Shown here: positions 16,690 to 25,087 of the stretch, piece after piece
How positions within the stretch are numbered: position 1 is the stretch's first letter
Layout: the number at the start of each line of letters is the position of its first letter
Origin: Limnochordia bacterium
GTDB taxonomy: Bacteria; Bacillota; Limnochordia; DTU080
Assembly (NCBI GenBank): GCA_050945315.1
Contig: JBMNSS010000003.1
Location: forward strand, 1 to 50,440
Direction: 5' to 3'
Length of the DNA: 50,440 nucleotides
Made by a program: the position numbers and the translations under genes
Notes under the pieces: generated by a model
Told to the model about the DNA's origin: nothing
The model's database searches: none
The model's input: only the letters and a program-made list of their open reading frames with translations

Positions 16690-17349
16690 CTAACGCGATG
16701 ATGCTATGCGTTCCGCCGATGCAGCGACTTCAGTATCGGCATCCTTTTCCTCATCGTCTTTCATCTCTCTCAAGTGTGCAAGGAAGTTCTCTTTGTTTCC
16801 GAAGGCGTAGACGATTTGCCCGTACTTCAGCCCGGCTTCCCGTGCCACTGCGGCCAACGAGATGGGGAAGCCTTGTTCTTCCATGCGTCTGGCTGCCGTC
16901 ACGGCGATCCTGATCGCGTCTTCTTTGGCTAAACGCCGATGCGGAGTGCTCTCTGACGTATGATGTCCAACCCCTGCTTGTTCCAGTTCTGATAATTGAC
17001 GAAAGGCATCCAGTGTATATTTATCAATCCGTCTCATTCCGGACTCGAGATTGGCCACGGCCGTCTCGAGTCGATCAAGTTGTTCTTGTATTCCTGTGAG
17101 CATGTCTATGATCTCCGGAGAAGCCGGTGTATGGACGGAGGTCTCTTGCGACGTTTGACGGTCAGCACTGACACGACTCAGGTTTCCCACCCAGTCCAAG
17201 CAGTTTTGGAAGGCAGCAAAGGCGCGCAGTCCTATATCGATGTATACTTCTTCGATTGAGCTGTGACTTCGGTGATCGGGCGCGCTCAGCGAGTCCTCCG
17301 CTGCCTTTTGCTTCTCCAGGTGCGCATAATAGCGCTGTTTGCCGTTCAT
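16690..17349 (-). CDS. Hypothetical protein with coiled coil and C-terminal TetR-like HTH
   Basis: SD AAAGGAG; heptad segment LTGIQEQLDRLETAVANLESGMRRI; ISLAAVAREAGLKYGQIVYAFGNKENFL matches the TetR HTH pattern. Confidence 0.7.
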   Translation of the reverse strand: MNGKQRYYAHLEKQKAAEDSLSAPDHRSHSSIEEVYIDIGLRAFAAFQNCLDWVGNLSRVSADRQTSQETSVHTPASPEIIDMLTGIQEQLDRLETAVANLESGMRRIDKYTLDAFRQLSELEQAGVGHHTSESTPHRRLAKEDAIRIAVTAARRMEEQGFPISLAAVAREAGLKYGQIVYAFGNKENFLAHLREMKDDEEKDADTEVAASAERIASSR

Positions 17350-17402
17350 AATCGGTGCTCCTTTCCAAATGCAGACTCCTGCTGGCCTCTACCCTTCATG
17401 TA

Positions 17403-17433
17403 ACTATATGTTCGAGAAGCAGCTGGCTTATGC
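17403..17433 (-). promoter_or_regulatory. Putative sporulation (sigmaE-like) promoter
   Basis: Minus strand reads GCATA-N18-CATATAGT; same -10 octamer as at 3456-3463. Confidence 0.45.
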
Positions 17434-17595
17434 ATGAGTTCATCGCGAGAATCTCGGTGTCGAAGCTCTTGTCGCTGTCTTTTTGATCCCCGGGAGATCC
17501 GTTGAGTTTTGCCTTAAGACAGCCTATCGTAGACGGGAAGTCTGTAGTGGCAAACCGCCGGAGGGAAGCTTGTCGGCGGGAAGGGATGAGTGATG

Positions 17596-18148
17596 ATGGA
17601 GAAAAAAGTCTACCGGTCGCGCCGCGGCCACATCATCGCCGGTGTCGCTGGGGGTATAGGAGACTTCTTCGGCATTGACGCCACGTTGATGCGTCTGAGC
17701 ATGTTGCTTGCGCTTCGTCGACGGGGCGGGGATTGATCTTTATGCTATGGTATCGGCCATTGTTCCGGTAGAGCCCGGGGACTACGCAGAAAAGGGCTCA
17801 TCATGGTTTTCGCAGAGTGAGGCTGTGGGGCGAAGAGCCGTCTCCGGGCTCAAACAGGTGGAGGGGGACGACCAGGCGAGGCTACAGAGACCGATGGACG
17901 GTCAGATGTGCACTCAGAGACTGATGAGGCGGTTAGGCAAGAAGAGTATGTGGGCGGCCCCCCCGGATAGTCCATCCGAAGAGGAAGAGACCCGGCGTCA
18001 ACTTGTGGGCGGTTTGGTCCTGGTCGGCGTAGGTGTGCTGTTTGCACTGCGCAACCTCTTCCCGTGGATAGAAGACCTTTCAGATGTGTGGCCCCTGTTC
18101 GTAATCGGTTTGGGTCTTCTGCTTATAGTACGGGGATCGGTGGAATAG
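17596..18148 (+). pseudogene. pspC: PspC-domain / LiaF-TM (DUF5668-like) membrane protein, frameshifted
   Basis: MEKKVYRSRRGHIIAGVAGGIGDFFGIDATLMRL (PspC N-terminus) stops at 17736; the domain continues in another frame (FVDGAGIDLYAMVSAIVPVEP) from about 17714; C-terminal GLVLVGVGVLFALRNLFPW..VWPLFVIGLGLLLI. Confidence 0.8.
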
Positions 18149-18162
18149 GTGAGGGGCGGACG

Positions 18163-19051
18163 GTGCGCACCGGGCGGATGGATCTGGGGGCTGCCCTGGT
18201 AGTCTTCGGACTGCTGCTATCGATGATGAACTGGGGATTTCTCGACCGGACGCTATGGTGGAATCTAGTGCGGTGGTGGCCGGCCTTTCTTCTCGCTTTT
18301 GGGCTGCATCTGGCATTGAATCGCACGCGGTTTTGGCTCTTGCCGACCCATTTACTCTGCTGATCGTGGCTTTGACTGTCGGCGTCGGCAGTGTCGACAG
18401 AGCGGATTGGCAACCGCGTATGCTCAGTGCCCGTATACCTTTGGAAGAGCACACTAAAGTGGCGCGTTAAGACTCGATATGGGTACGGGAATGATTCACC
18501 TGGCACCCGGGAGGCGCGGGGCTGTACGAGGCCGACTTCAAGGTGTATGGTGAAGAACTGAGTCAGGTGCAGCTGCCGCACGGTCAATGCACGAGGGTCG
18601 AGCTGCGACAAAAAGATCGACGGGCCACCATATGCCTGCGCGGTTTGTCCGAGCGTTGGGACGTACGATTGACGTTAGCCGATCCCATAGATGTGGAAGT
18701 GTTAGCCGCGACGGTGAACCTCGAGGTGAATTGCACGGATTTACAGCTGCGCACCTTCGATATGTCCACCGGTCTGGGTTGGCTGGAGCTGCGACTGGGC
18801 GAAACCGGCAGACGCACTGACTTCTTCATCAATGCCACGCTTGCGTACGTAACGCTGGTGGTGCCCAGCACCAGCGGAGTACGAGTGAAAACAGACAGCG
18901 TTCTTCTTATCACAGCGTATTAGAAGCGGGATTTATACCCTCCCAAGGCGGATATCAGACAGCCAATTACGAGACGGCCACCTCCTCGGCTGACATTTTC
19001 ATCGCCGCCAGGGGTAGTCGGGTGCGAGTGCGGTCTCAGGAGCCACTGTGA
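18163..19051 (+). pseudogene. DUF5668/LiaF-TM plus toast-rack beta-repeat envelope protein, about 4 frameshifts
   Basis: Five successive pieces separated by frame changes: GAALVVFGLLL..NWGFL..WWNLVRWWPAFLLAFGL; LLIVALTVG..IPLEE; LRLDMGTGMIHLAPG; LYEADF..WDVRLT..LQLRTFDMSTGLG..VPSTSGVRV; AGFIPSQGGYQTANYETA..DIFI. Confidence 0.7.
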
Positions 19052-19119
19052 GAAGCAAAAGGCGACCAAAGGGGTGCCATCCATGTCGCCTAGGTCGCGC
19101 TTCTGCTGAGAGGCGATGC

Positions 19120-19650
19120 TCATCCTAACTGTTTGGCCAGAAAGTCTGCTGCTGTCTGACACAATGTCTGTTCGAGTTCTCCGAGAGATCTCTCGCGAGA
19201 GACGAGAATGACGGCCCCTACCACATCTCCCTCGTGAATGATGGGGACCATCATCTGGCTTGCGTCTTCGAAACCCGGAATGGGCATTTTGGTGGCGCTT
19301 TCGATGGATGCGCTCCAAGGTTGGCGGTGTTCCAAAATATCTGTGATCTCATCGTCAACAGGCTTGCCCAAGAAGGCTTTCCTGCTTGTGCCGGCGACGG
19401 CAATGTACGTGTCGCGATCGAGGATCAGTGAAACATGGCCCGTCGATTCAAAAAGAGACTCTGCATACTCCTGAGCGAAATCCTCCAGATTGGCGATCGG
19501 CGAGTACTTCTTGAGGATGACCTCGCCGTCTCGATCCGTGAATATTTCGAGCGCGTCGCGTTCTTTGATACGCATGGTGCGCCTGATTTCTTTCGGTATC
19601 ACTATTCTCCCTAGATCATCGATGCGCCGGACGATTCCGGTTGCTTTCAT
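19120..19650 (-). CDS. spoVT: Stage V sporulation protein T (AbrB-like domain plus GAF)
   Basis: MKATGIVRRIDDLGRIVIPKEIRRTMRI.E.D.LEIFTDRDGEVILKKYSPI; PII.EGD.VGAVI; TAADFLAKQ; SD GGGAGGT before ATG 19650. Confidence 0.96.
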   Translation of the reverse strand: MKATGIVRRIDDLGRIVIPKEIRRTMRIKERDALEIFTDRDGEVILKKYSPIANLEDFAQEYAESLFESTGHVSLILDRDTYIAVAGTSRKAFLGKPVDDEITDILEHRQPWSASIESATKMPIPGFEDASQMMVPIIHEGDVVGAVILVSRERSLGELEQTLCQTAADFLAKQLG

Positions 19651-19670
19651 GGATGGATACCTCCCATGTC

Positions 19671-19700
19671 TAAGATTCACATGGTCAAACCCGCTTATCC
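19671..19700 (-). promoter_or_regulatory. Putative sigmaG/F promoter of spoVT
   Basis: Minus strand reads GGATA-N15-GTGAATCTTA; spoVT is sigmaG-dependent in B. subtilis. Confidence 0.55.
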
Positions 19701-19804
19701 CATGTCGAGCAGGAAGATTGTTCTTCAGTTACTGCTCAGGGCCATCTTAAGGCACTTGCCTGTTATTGCTACGGGTCCGGCCGTACGTCCGTGAGCTGGG
19801 GCTA

Positions 19805-19813
19805 TGTTATAAT
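19805..19813 (+). promoter_or_regulatory. Extended -10 sigmaA promoter element
   Basis: TGtTATAAT about 55 nt upstream of the ORF at 19868. Confidence 0.55.
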
Positions 19814-19867
19814 AGAGCGCAGACACGCGGATTGGGGCCGGACAGTCGTAAAGGGAGGCGATAGTAT

Positions 19868-20398
19868 TTGAAAGCGCTCAATTTGCGCATCGTCTTCGTG
19901 ACCTTTATCGTCACTGTCGTGCTGACACTCGGGGCGCAGCGGTTCTTGTACCATCATCGAGTGACAGAACCGCTGCAACGCCGTTTGGAAGCGATTCCCG
20001 GCATCGCCGGTGCGCAGATCATTGATTCAGGCAATCGGCGGAGTGTGGCCATTCAACTGGAGCCGGAAGCAGATTTTAGAAGTGCTTATCGTGCTGCTCG
20101 GGATATGGCACTGGACAGTCTGGGAGATGCGTTTTCAGACATCATTGTCCTTGACAACCGTGACCAAAAACTGGAGGACAGTTTTTATAAAATGCATTTT
20201 CACGTGCAGCAGGGCATAGCCACAGGTCGATTTGCGGAGATGGCTGAGGGCGTGTCTGTCATAGCCCATGAAGACAACCTCACTCATCAACAGGTGTATA
20301 TAGGCGAGGAGGCCGTCTACATTCACTTAAGCGACGGAGAGCATCACCTTTATGAAGTTATGAATCGTCCGGCCCAGACAAGGGCGGTGCTCGGATGA
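19868..20398 (+). CDS. Hypothetical single-pass membrane protein
   Basis: SD AAGGGAGG, TTG start, N-terminal hydrophobic helix; ATGA overlap with the FtsH-like gene. Confidence 0.75.
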   Translation: MKALNLRIVFVTFIVTVVLTLGAQRFLYHHRVTEPLQRRLEAIPGIAGAQIIDSGNRRSVAIQLEPEADFRSAYRAARDMALDSLGDAFSDIIVLDNRDQKLEDSFYKMHFHVQQGIATGRFAEMAEGVSVIAHEDNLTHQQVYIGEEAVYIHLSDGEHHLYEVMNRPAQTRAVLG

Positions 20399-21936
20399 CT
20401 GTGGAGATTCTGATCGGTACAGCTCTGGCTTTCTTGGTCGTCGCCGCCCTTCAGGGAGTTGACGTGACTCCGTTTATTGTGTTGGGCGGGATAGCGGTCG
20501 TGGTTCGCCTCATGCTTGACGGGCGGAGTATCGGACGTCAATTCGAAGTGCTGGGCCGCGGCAAGTCTTCGACCTCCGCGCCTCGCGTTACTTTTTCAGA
20601 CATCGGTGGTCAGGAGGTCGCCAAACGCGAGTTGATCGAGGCCCTCGATTTGATACGGAATCCTGAAACGGCCAGGTGTCTGGGCATTCGACCGCTCAAG
20701 GGCATCTTATTGGCCGGGCCGCCGGGAACAGGAAAGACGCTTCTTGCCAAGGCTGCCGCCAGCTACACAGACTCAGCCTTTATGGCAGTCTCGGGCAGCG
20801 AGTTTGTGGAGATGTATGCGGGTGTCGGGGCTCAGCGAGTTCGCAAGCTCTTTCAGGAAGCCCGTTCACAGGCGAAGAAACTGGGACTCCAGTCAGCCAT
20901 CGTCTTCATCGATGAAATCGAGGTCTTGGGCGGACGCCGCGGGCATCATACGAGTCACTTGGAGTATGATCAGACTCTGAATGAGTTGCTTGTGCAGATG
21001 GACGGTATGAGCAGCGAAGATGAGTCAATACGTTTGCTTGTTGTCGGAGCTACGAACCGGCCTGATCTTCTCGACGGAGCACTGTTGCGGCCCGGCCGCT
21101 TTGACAGGACCGTGAGAGTGGATTTACCTGACAAAGAAGGTAGGCTTCACATCCTCAGAATTCACTCTCGCAACAGACCCTTGGCTTCAGATGTTGACTT
21201 GGAGCAGTTGGCCAGAGAGACATATAGCTTCTCGGGGGCTCACCTGGAGGCGCTGATTAACGAAGGCGCGATCTTGGCCATGCGCGCCGGTCGAGAGTAC
21301 ATCGAGGAAGCCGATTTGCGCGAAGCCGTCGACAAAGTGCTTATGGGAGAACGTTTGGATCGACGGCCGAGTGCGGAGGAAAGGACGCGGGTGGCCTACC
21401 ATGAGGCAGGACACGCGCTGATCAGTGAGATGGTGCGTCCCGGATCGGTGTCTTCGGTCACCGTTACTCCGCGGGGCGCGGCCATGGGATTCATGCGCCA
21501 GAGTCCGCAAGATGATCGCTATTTGTACACCAAGCAGGATCTCTTGGATCAAATCGCGGTCTGCCTTGGCGGAGCCGTAGCAGAAGAGGTCGTCTTGGGG
21601 AGTCGGAGCACAGGTGCGATAAACGACTTCGAAAAGGCCGTGGACTTGGCCGGCAAACTCATCAGTGCCGGTCTGTCGGAGTTGGGAATCATCGATATCC
21701 AAAACGCGCCGACACAGATGATCCACGAAGAGACCAGGAGAGTGATTCGTGATCAGGAGGAGTATGTACGTAGACAGATAATGGCCTGCAAAGATAGGTT
21801 GCAGGAGGTGGCACAGTATCTGTTTGCCGAAGAGCATATCAGCGGTGCCGAGTTCCGACGCATGATCGGCCCGACTCAACCTCTGTCCCGAAGTCTGTCA
21901 GAGGGAGTCAGCGCTGCGTTGGCCGGAGCTGTTTAA
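20395..21936 (+). CDS. FtsH-like AAA+ zinc metalloprotease (M41), short N-terminus
   Basis: GPPGTGKT, GSEFVEMYAGVGA.RVR.LF, IVFIDE, TLNELLVQMDG, ATNRPDLLD.ALLRPGRFDR, HEAGH. Confidence 0.92.
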   Translation: MTVEILIGTALAFLVVAALQGVDVTPFIVLGGIAVVVRLMLDGRSIGRQFEVLGRGKSSTSAPRVTFSDIGGQEVAKRELIEALDLIRNPETARCLGIRPLKGILLAGPPGTGKTLLAKAAASYTDSAFMAVSGSEFVEMYAGVGAQRVRKLFQEARSQAKKLGLQSAIVFIDEIEVLGGRRGHHTSHLEYDQTLNELLVQMDGMSSEDESIRLLVVGATNRPDLLDGALLRPGRFDRTVRVDLPDKEGRLHILRIHSRNRPLASDVDLEQLARETYSFSGAHLEALINEGAILAMRAGREYIEEADLREAVDKVLMGERLDRRPSAEERTRVAYHEAGHALISEMVRPGSVSSVTVTPRGAAMGFMRQSPQDDRYLYTKQDLLDQIAVCLGGAVAEEVVLGSRSTGAINDFEKAVDLAGKLISAGLSELGIIDIQNAPTQMIHEETRRVIRDQEEYVRRQIMACKDRLQEVAQYLFAEEHISGAEFRRMIGPTQPLSRSLSEGVSAALAGAV

Positions 21937-21973
21937 GTGAAACCGAACGAGTATCTCTTCTGTTCATCCTTTC

Positions 21974-22460
21974 CGGCGGCAGGAGACTCCCGCACTTGAG
22001 CGTGGAGAGGAATGCCGCTTTCTCCTACGTATTTCTGTCTTGGGTTGATCAATTCACCCCTCACGCATGGTATTCTCTTGTATGAAAGGAGAGGTCGTCG
22101 TCTCTGACTGTCCAACCTAAGCCATAGCCTGCGGACTACCTCTCTGCCCTCAACATATGTCTTCAACGAAGTGTAATAATGCCACATAGCTTTCAGAGAC
22201 GGATTCCTTAACCAAACCAAGCTACACAGGGGAACTCTGTGCAGGTGTTGGTCTGCTTTCTCAAACGGCAGTGCGTGCTATCCGGCAGGCCCCCTGAGCC
22301 CTACAAGACTCCTAAGAAGAACAAGTACGGGTCCAACCTCCGGGCACACACCGCTGTGATCGACATCATCCGCAGGGCTGCGGTCAATCAGTCATGGGCG
22401 GTGGCTTCGCAGGGCCCATTCGTCCTGGCAGCTGACGGCTTCAGCCGCAGAGTAGTGGAC
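21974..22460 (+). mobile_element. tnpB: Decayed, internally deleted IS200/IS605-family (IS1341-type, tnpB-only) element
   Basis: Left-end-like hairpin GCGGCA..CTCCCGC/GCGTGGAG..TGCCGC (21976-22018); SD GAAAGGAG; broken TnpB N-terminal pieces (SLTVQPK, FNEV**CHIAFRDGFLNQTKLH, GLLSQTAVRAIRQ, EPYK) joined to a C-terminal piece (IIRRAAVNQS); right-end-like CGGCTTCAGCCG hairpin then AGTAGTGGAC. Boundaries approximate. Confidence 0.75.
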
Positions 22461-22475
22461 AAGGATGTGAATCAT

Positions 22476-23243
22476 ATGACGCGTCTTGCGAGTCTGCTTC
22501 GAAAAGCCCACCGTGTGACGTTTCTTACGGGTGCCGGCATGTCAACGGAATCGGGCTTGCCTGATTTTCGCAGTAACACGGGTCTATGGCGACAGACAGA
22601 CCCCATGTATCTGTTGAGCCGATTGGCTTTTGAGGATCGGCCCCACGAATTCTACGCTTTTTTTCGCGAGAACTTCCTGGCTTGGGCGGATGCTCAGCCG
22701 CACTGTGGCCACAAGGCTATTGCCAGACTTGAGCAGCTGGGCCGTGATGTAGCAGTGGTCACACAGAACATCGACGGTCTGCACCAGAAGGCCGGCTCTT
22801 CGGTTGTGCTTGAGCTCCATGGTCATTTGCGGAGTATAATATGCACGCGGTGTCGGCGTGAGTATCCTTTGGCCACCATAGCCGATGAGTCCTTGCCCCT
22901 GTGTCGCCAATGTAAAGCCATACTGGAACCCGCGGTGGTCTTGTTTGGAGATCCGCTGCCGTCCGATCTTTTTGAGCAAGCCGTGGAAAGGATGCAAGAG
23001 ACGGACGTACTGGTCGTGGTAGGCACTTCGCTTACGGTTTCTCCGGTCAATACGTTAGTCGATTTTCTCTCGTCTGAAGCGTCTCTCGTGATCATAAACC
23101 ATACGCCGACCATGGCCGATGCTCGGGCCGCTCTGGTGTTGCGCGATAGCGCAGGCCACGTCCTTTCAGCGACGGTGAGTCAATTGGCGGATCTCATGGG
23201 CCGTGGGTATGCAAATGATGACGAGAGTGATAACATGTTCTAG
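22476..23243 (+). CDS. cobB: NAD-dependent protein deacylase, Sir2 family
   Basis: TGAGMSTESGLPDFRS, TQNIDGLH, ELHG, CxxC...CxxC, VGTSL.V.P; start at ATG 22476 after AAGGA (the upstream in-frame extension is IS relic). Confidence 0.92.
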   Translation: MTRLASLLRKAHRVTFLTGAGMSTESGLPDFRSNTGLWRQTDPMYLLSRLAFEDRPHEFYAFFRENFLAWADAQPHCGHKAIARLEQLGRDVAVVTQNIDGLHQKAGSSVVLELHGHLRSIICTRCRREYPLATIADESLPLCRQCKAILEPAVVLFGDPLPSDLFEQAVERMQETDVLVVVGTSLTVSPVNTLVDFLSSEASLVIINHTPTMADARAALVLRDSAGHVLSATVSQLADLMGRGYANDDESDNMF

Positions 23244-23285
23244 ACTGTACTCATCGCGTACGAGGTTGCGAGGAAGGAAGATCCG

Positions 23286-24983
23286 ATGATGTTTCGACAG
23301 CGAATTGCAGGCTTAGTTCAGGAGGCCCTCCCTGAAGAGGCCGTTCGCCAACTGGATATTGGGACGATGATCGAGGTGCCCGCTGATCAGGCATTGGGTG
23401 ACTATGCCTTTCCGACTTTCTCTTTGGCCAGAGTGCTCAGACAGGCGCCGCCGCGCATCGCTCAGGAGGTGGCCGGGCGCATCACGCCTCCGCCCTGGGT
23501 GGAGCGTATGGAGGTTGTCGGCGGCTATCTCAACTTCTTCATCGACAAGAGCTTCATGGTTCGGGAAGTGCTCAAACGCATTCAAGACGAAGGCGATACC
23601 TACGGCTCGTCCCAAAAAGGAGAGGGCCGTACGGTGGTGATCGACTTCTCGTCTCCCAATATCGCCAAGCCCGTGGCGGTGGGTCTGATACGCACTACCG
23701 TGCTGGGACACTCTCTTTACCGCATCTTCAGTCATCAGGGTTTTCGCGTGGAGAGAGTCAATCACTTAGGTGATTGGGGTACCCAATGCGGTAAGTGGAT
23801 TGTCGCCTACGAACTGTGGGGCGATGAGGAGCGACTCAAAGCCGAGCCTATCAAGGAGTTGTTTCAGCTGTATGTGCGCTTTCACCAGGAGGCTGAAACA
23901 CAACCTGAGCTCGATGACCGCGCCAGAGAGGCGTTTCGTCGTCTCGAACAGGGCGATCCCCAGCTTCAGGCACTGTGGCGCCGGTTTCGCGACTTGTCCG
24001 TAGAGGAGTTTGAGCGGGTATATGCCCGTATGGGGATCGAATTTGACTCCTACGCCGGAGAGGCCTTCTATGAGGACAAGATGTCCGGGGTGCTGGATAT
24101 GCTGGCCGGAAAAGGGCTTCTTAAAGAAAGCGAAGGGGCCACCATCGTCGAGCTTGAGGATCTGCCACCATGTCTGATCAAAAAGAGCGATGGTAGCACT
24201 CTCTATGCCACGCGGGATTTGGCGGCAGCATTGTATCGTTGGGAGCACTATCATCCGGCACTGGTGCTCTATGTGGTCGGAGCTCCGCAACAGCTTCACT
24301 TCAGACAGGTTTTTGCCGTGTTGCGTCTCATGGGCATGGACTGGGTAGCCAACTACGAGCATGTCCCCTTTGGCACCATACGCCTGGGAGACGAAGCAAT
24401 GTCGACACGCAGAGGCAATGTTGTCTTTCTTGAGGATCTCCTGGATGAAGCCACGGAGCGCGCCCGGGCGATCATCGACGAGCGTAATCCGGGTCTGGCG
24501 GACAAGGCGGAGGTCGCTGAGATGGTGGGCATCGGGGCCGTGATCTTTTACTTCCTGATGTTCAATCGCATGAAGGACATCTCTTTTGACTGGGCCGCAG
24601 CCTTGAACTATGAAGGCGATTCGGGACCATATGTTCAATATACATTCGCCCGAGCGGGCAGTGTGCTTCGTCGAGCGAATGCGGAAGTCTTACCTGCGGC
24701 GGAGTTGAACACGAGTGCATTGACTGAGCCGGAAGAGTTGGCTCTGGTTAAGGAATTGGCGCGTTTTGAAGCGGTGGTCGCTTCCGCTGAAGCCGGTCGT
24801 GATCCTTCCGCCGTGGCCAGATACCTGCTTGAGTTGTGCCGGGCCTTTAACGGGTTTTACCACGCGCATCGTATCGTGGGCAGTGAGTTGATGGCAGAGA
24901 GACTGGCCCTGTTGGATGCTACACGGACCGTCATCCGTAACGGACTTCATCTGCTGGGCATTCAAGCCCCGGAGGAGATGTAG
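23286..24983 (+). CDS. argS: Arginine--tRNA ligase
   Basis: DFSSPNIAKP, NHLGDWGTQ.G, KSDGSTLYATRDLAAA, MSTRRG, GPYVQYT.AR, C-terminal GI.APEEM. Confidence 0.95.
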   Translation: MMFRQRIAGLVQEALPEEAVRQLDIGTMIEVPADQALGDYAFPTFSLARVLRQAPPRIAQEVAGRITPPPWVERMEVVGGYLNFFIDKSFMVREVLKRIQDEGDTYGSSQKGEGRTVVIDFSSPNIAKPVAVGLIRTTVLGHSLYRIFSHQGFRVERVNHLGDWGTQCGKWIVAYELWGDEERLKAEPIKELFQLYVRFHQEAETQPELDDRAREAFRRLEQGDPQLQALWRRFRDLSVEEFERVYARMGIEFDSYAGEAFYEDKMSGVLDMLAGKGLLKESEGATIVELEDLPPCLIKKSDGSTLYATRDLAAALYRWEHYHPALVLYVVGAPQQLHFRQVFAVLRLMGMDWVANYEHVPFGTIRLGDEAMSTRRGNVVFLEDLLDEATERARAIIDERNPGLADKAEVAEMVGIGAVIFYFLMFNRMKDISFDWAAALNYEGDSGPYVQYTFARAGSVLRRANAEVLPAAELNTSALTEPEELALVKELARFEAVVASAEAGRDPSAVARYLLELCRAFNGFYHAHRIVGSELMAERLALLDATRTVIRNGLHLLGIQAPEEM

Positions 24984-25087
24984 GCTAAGATCTTCCGTCT
25001 GTGGCCATCTTTTGGCATTACAGGGGATTCTTTTTCCGTAAGCGAATGGATTCCAAAGGTGGTCTGTGAGCGAGAGGAAGGATCAGG

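Noticed and set aside
17550-17575. ECF (sigmaW/M-like) promoter for the pspC operon
   Set aside because: GCAAAC-N15-TGTC deviates from consensus in both elements and in spacing.
22239-22475. 79-aa N-terminal extension or fusion on the sirtuin
   Set aside because: It is in-frame tnpB relic sequence; the Sir2 domain starts at ATG 22476 behind its own SD.
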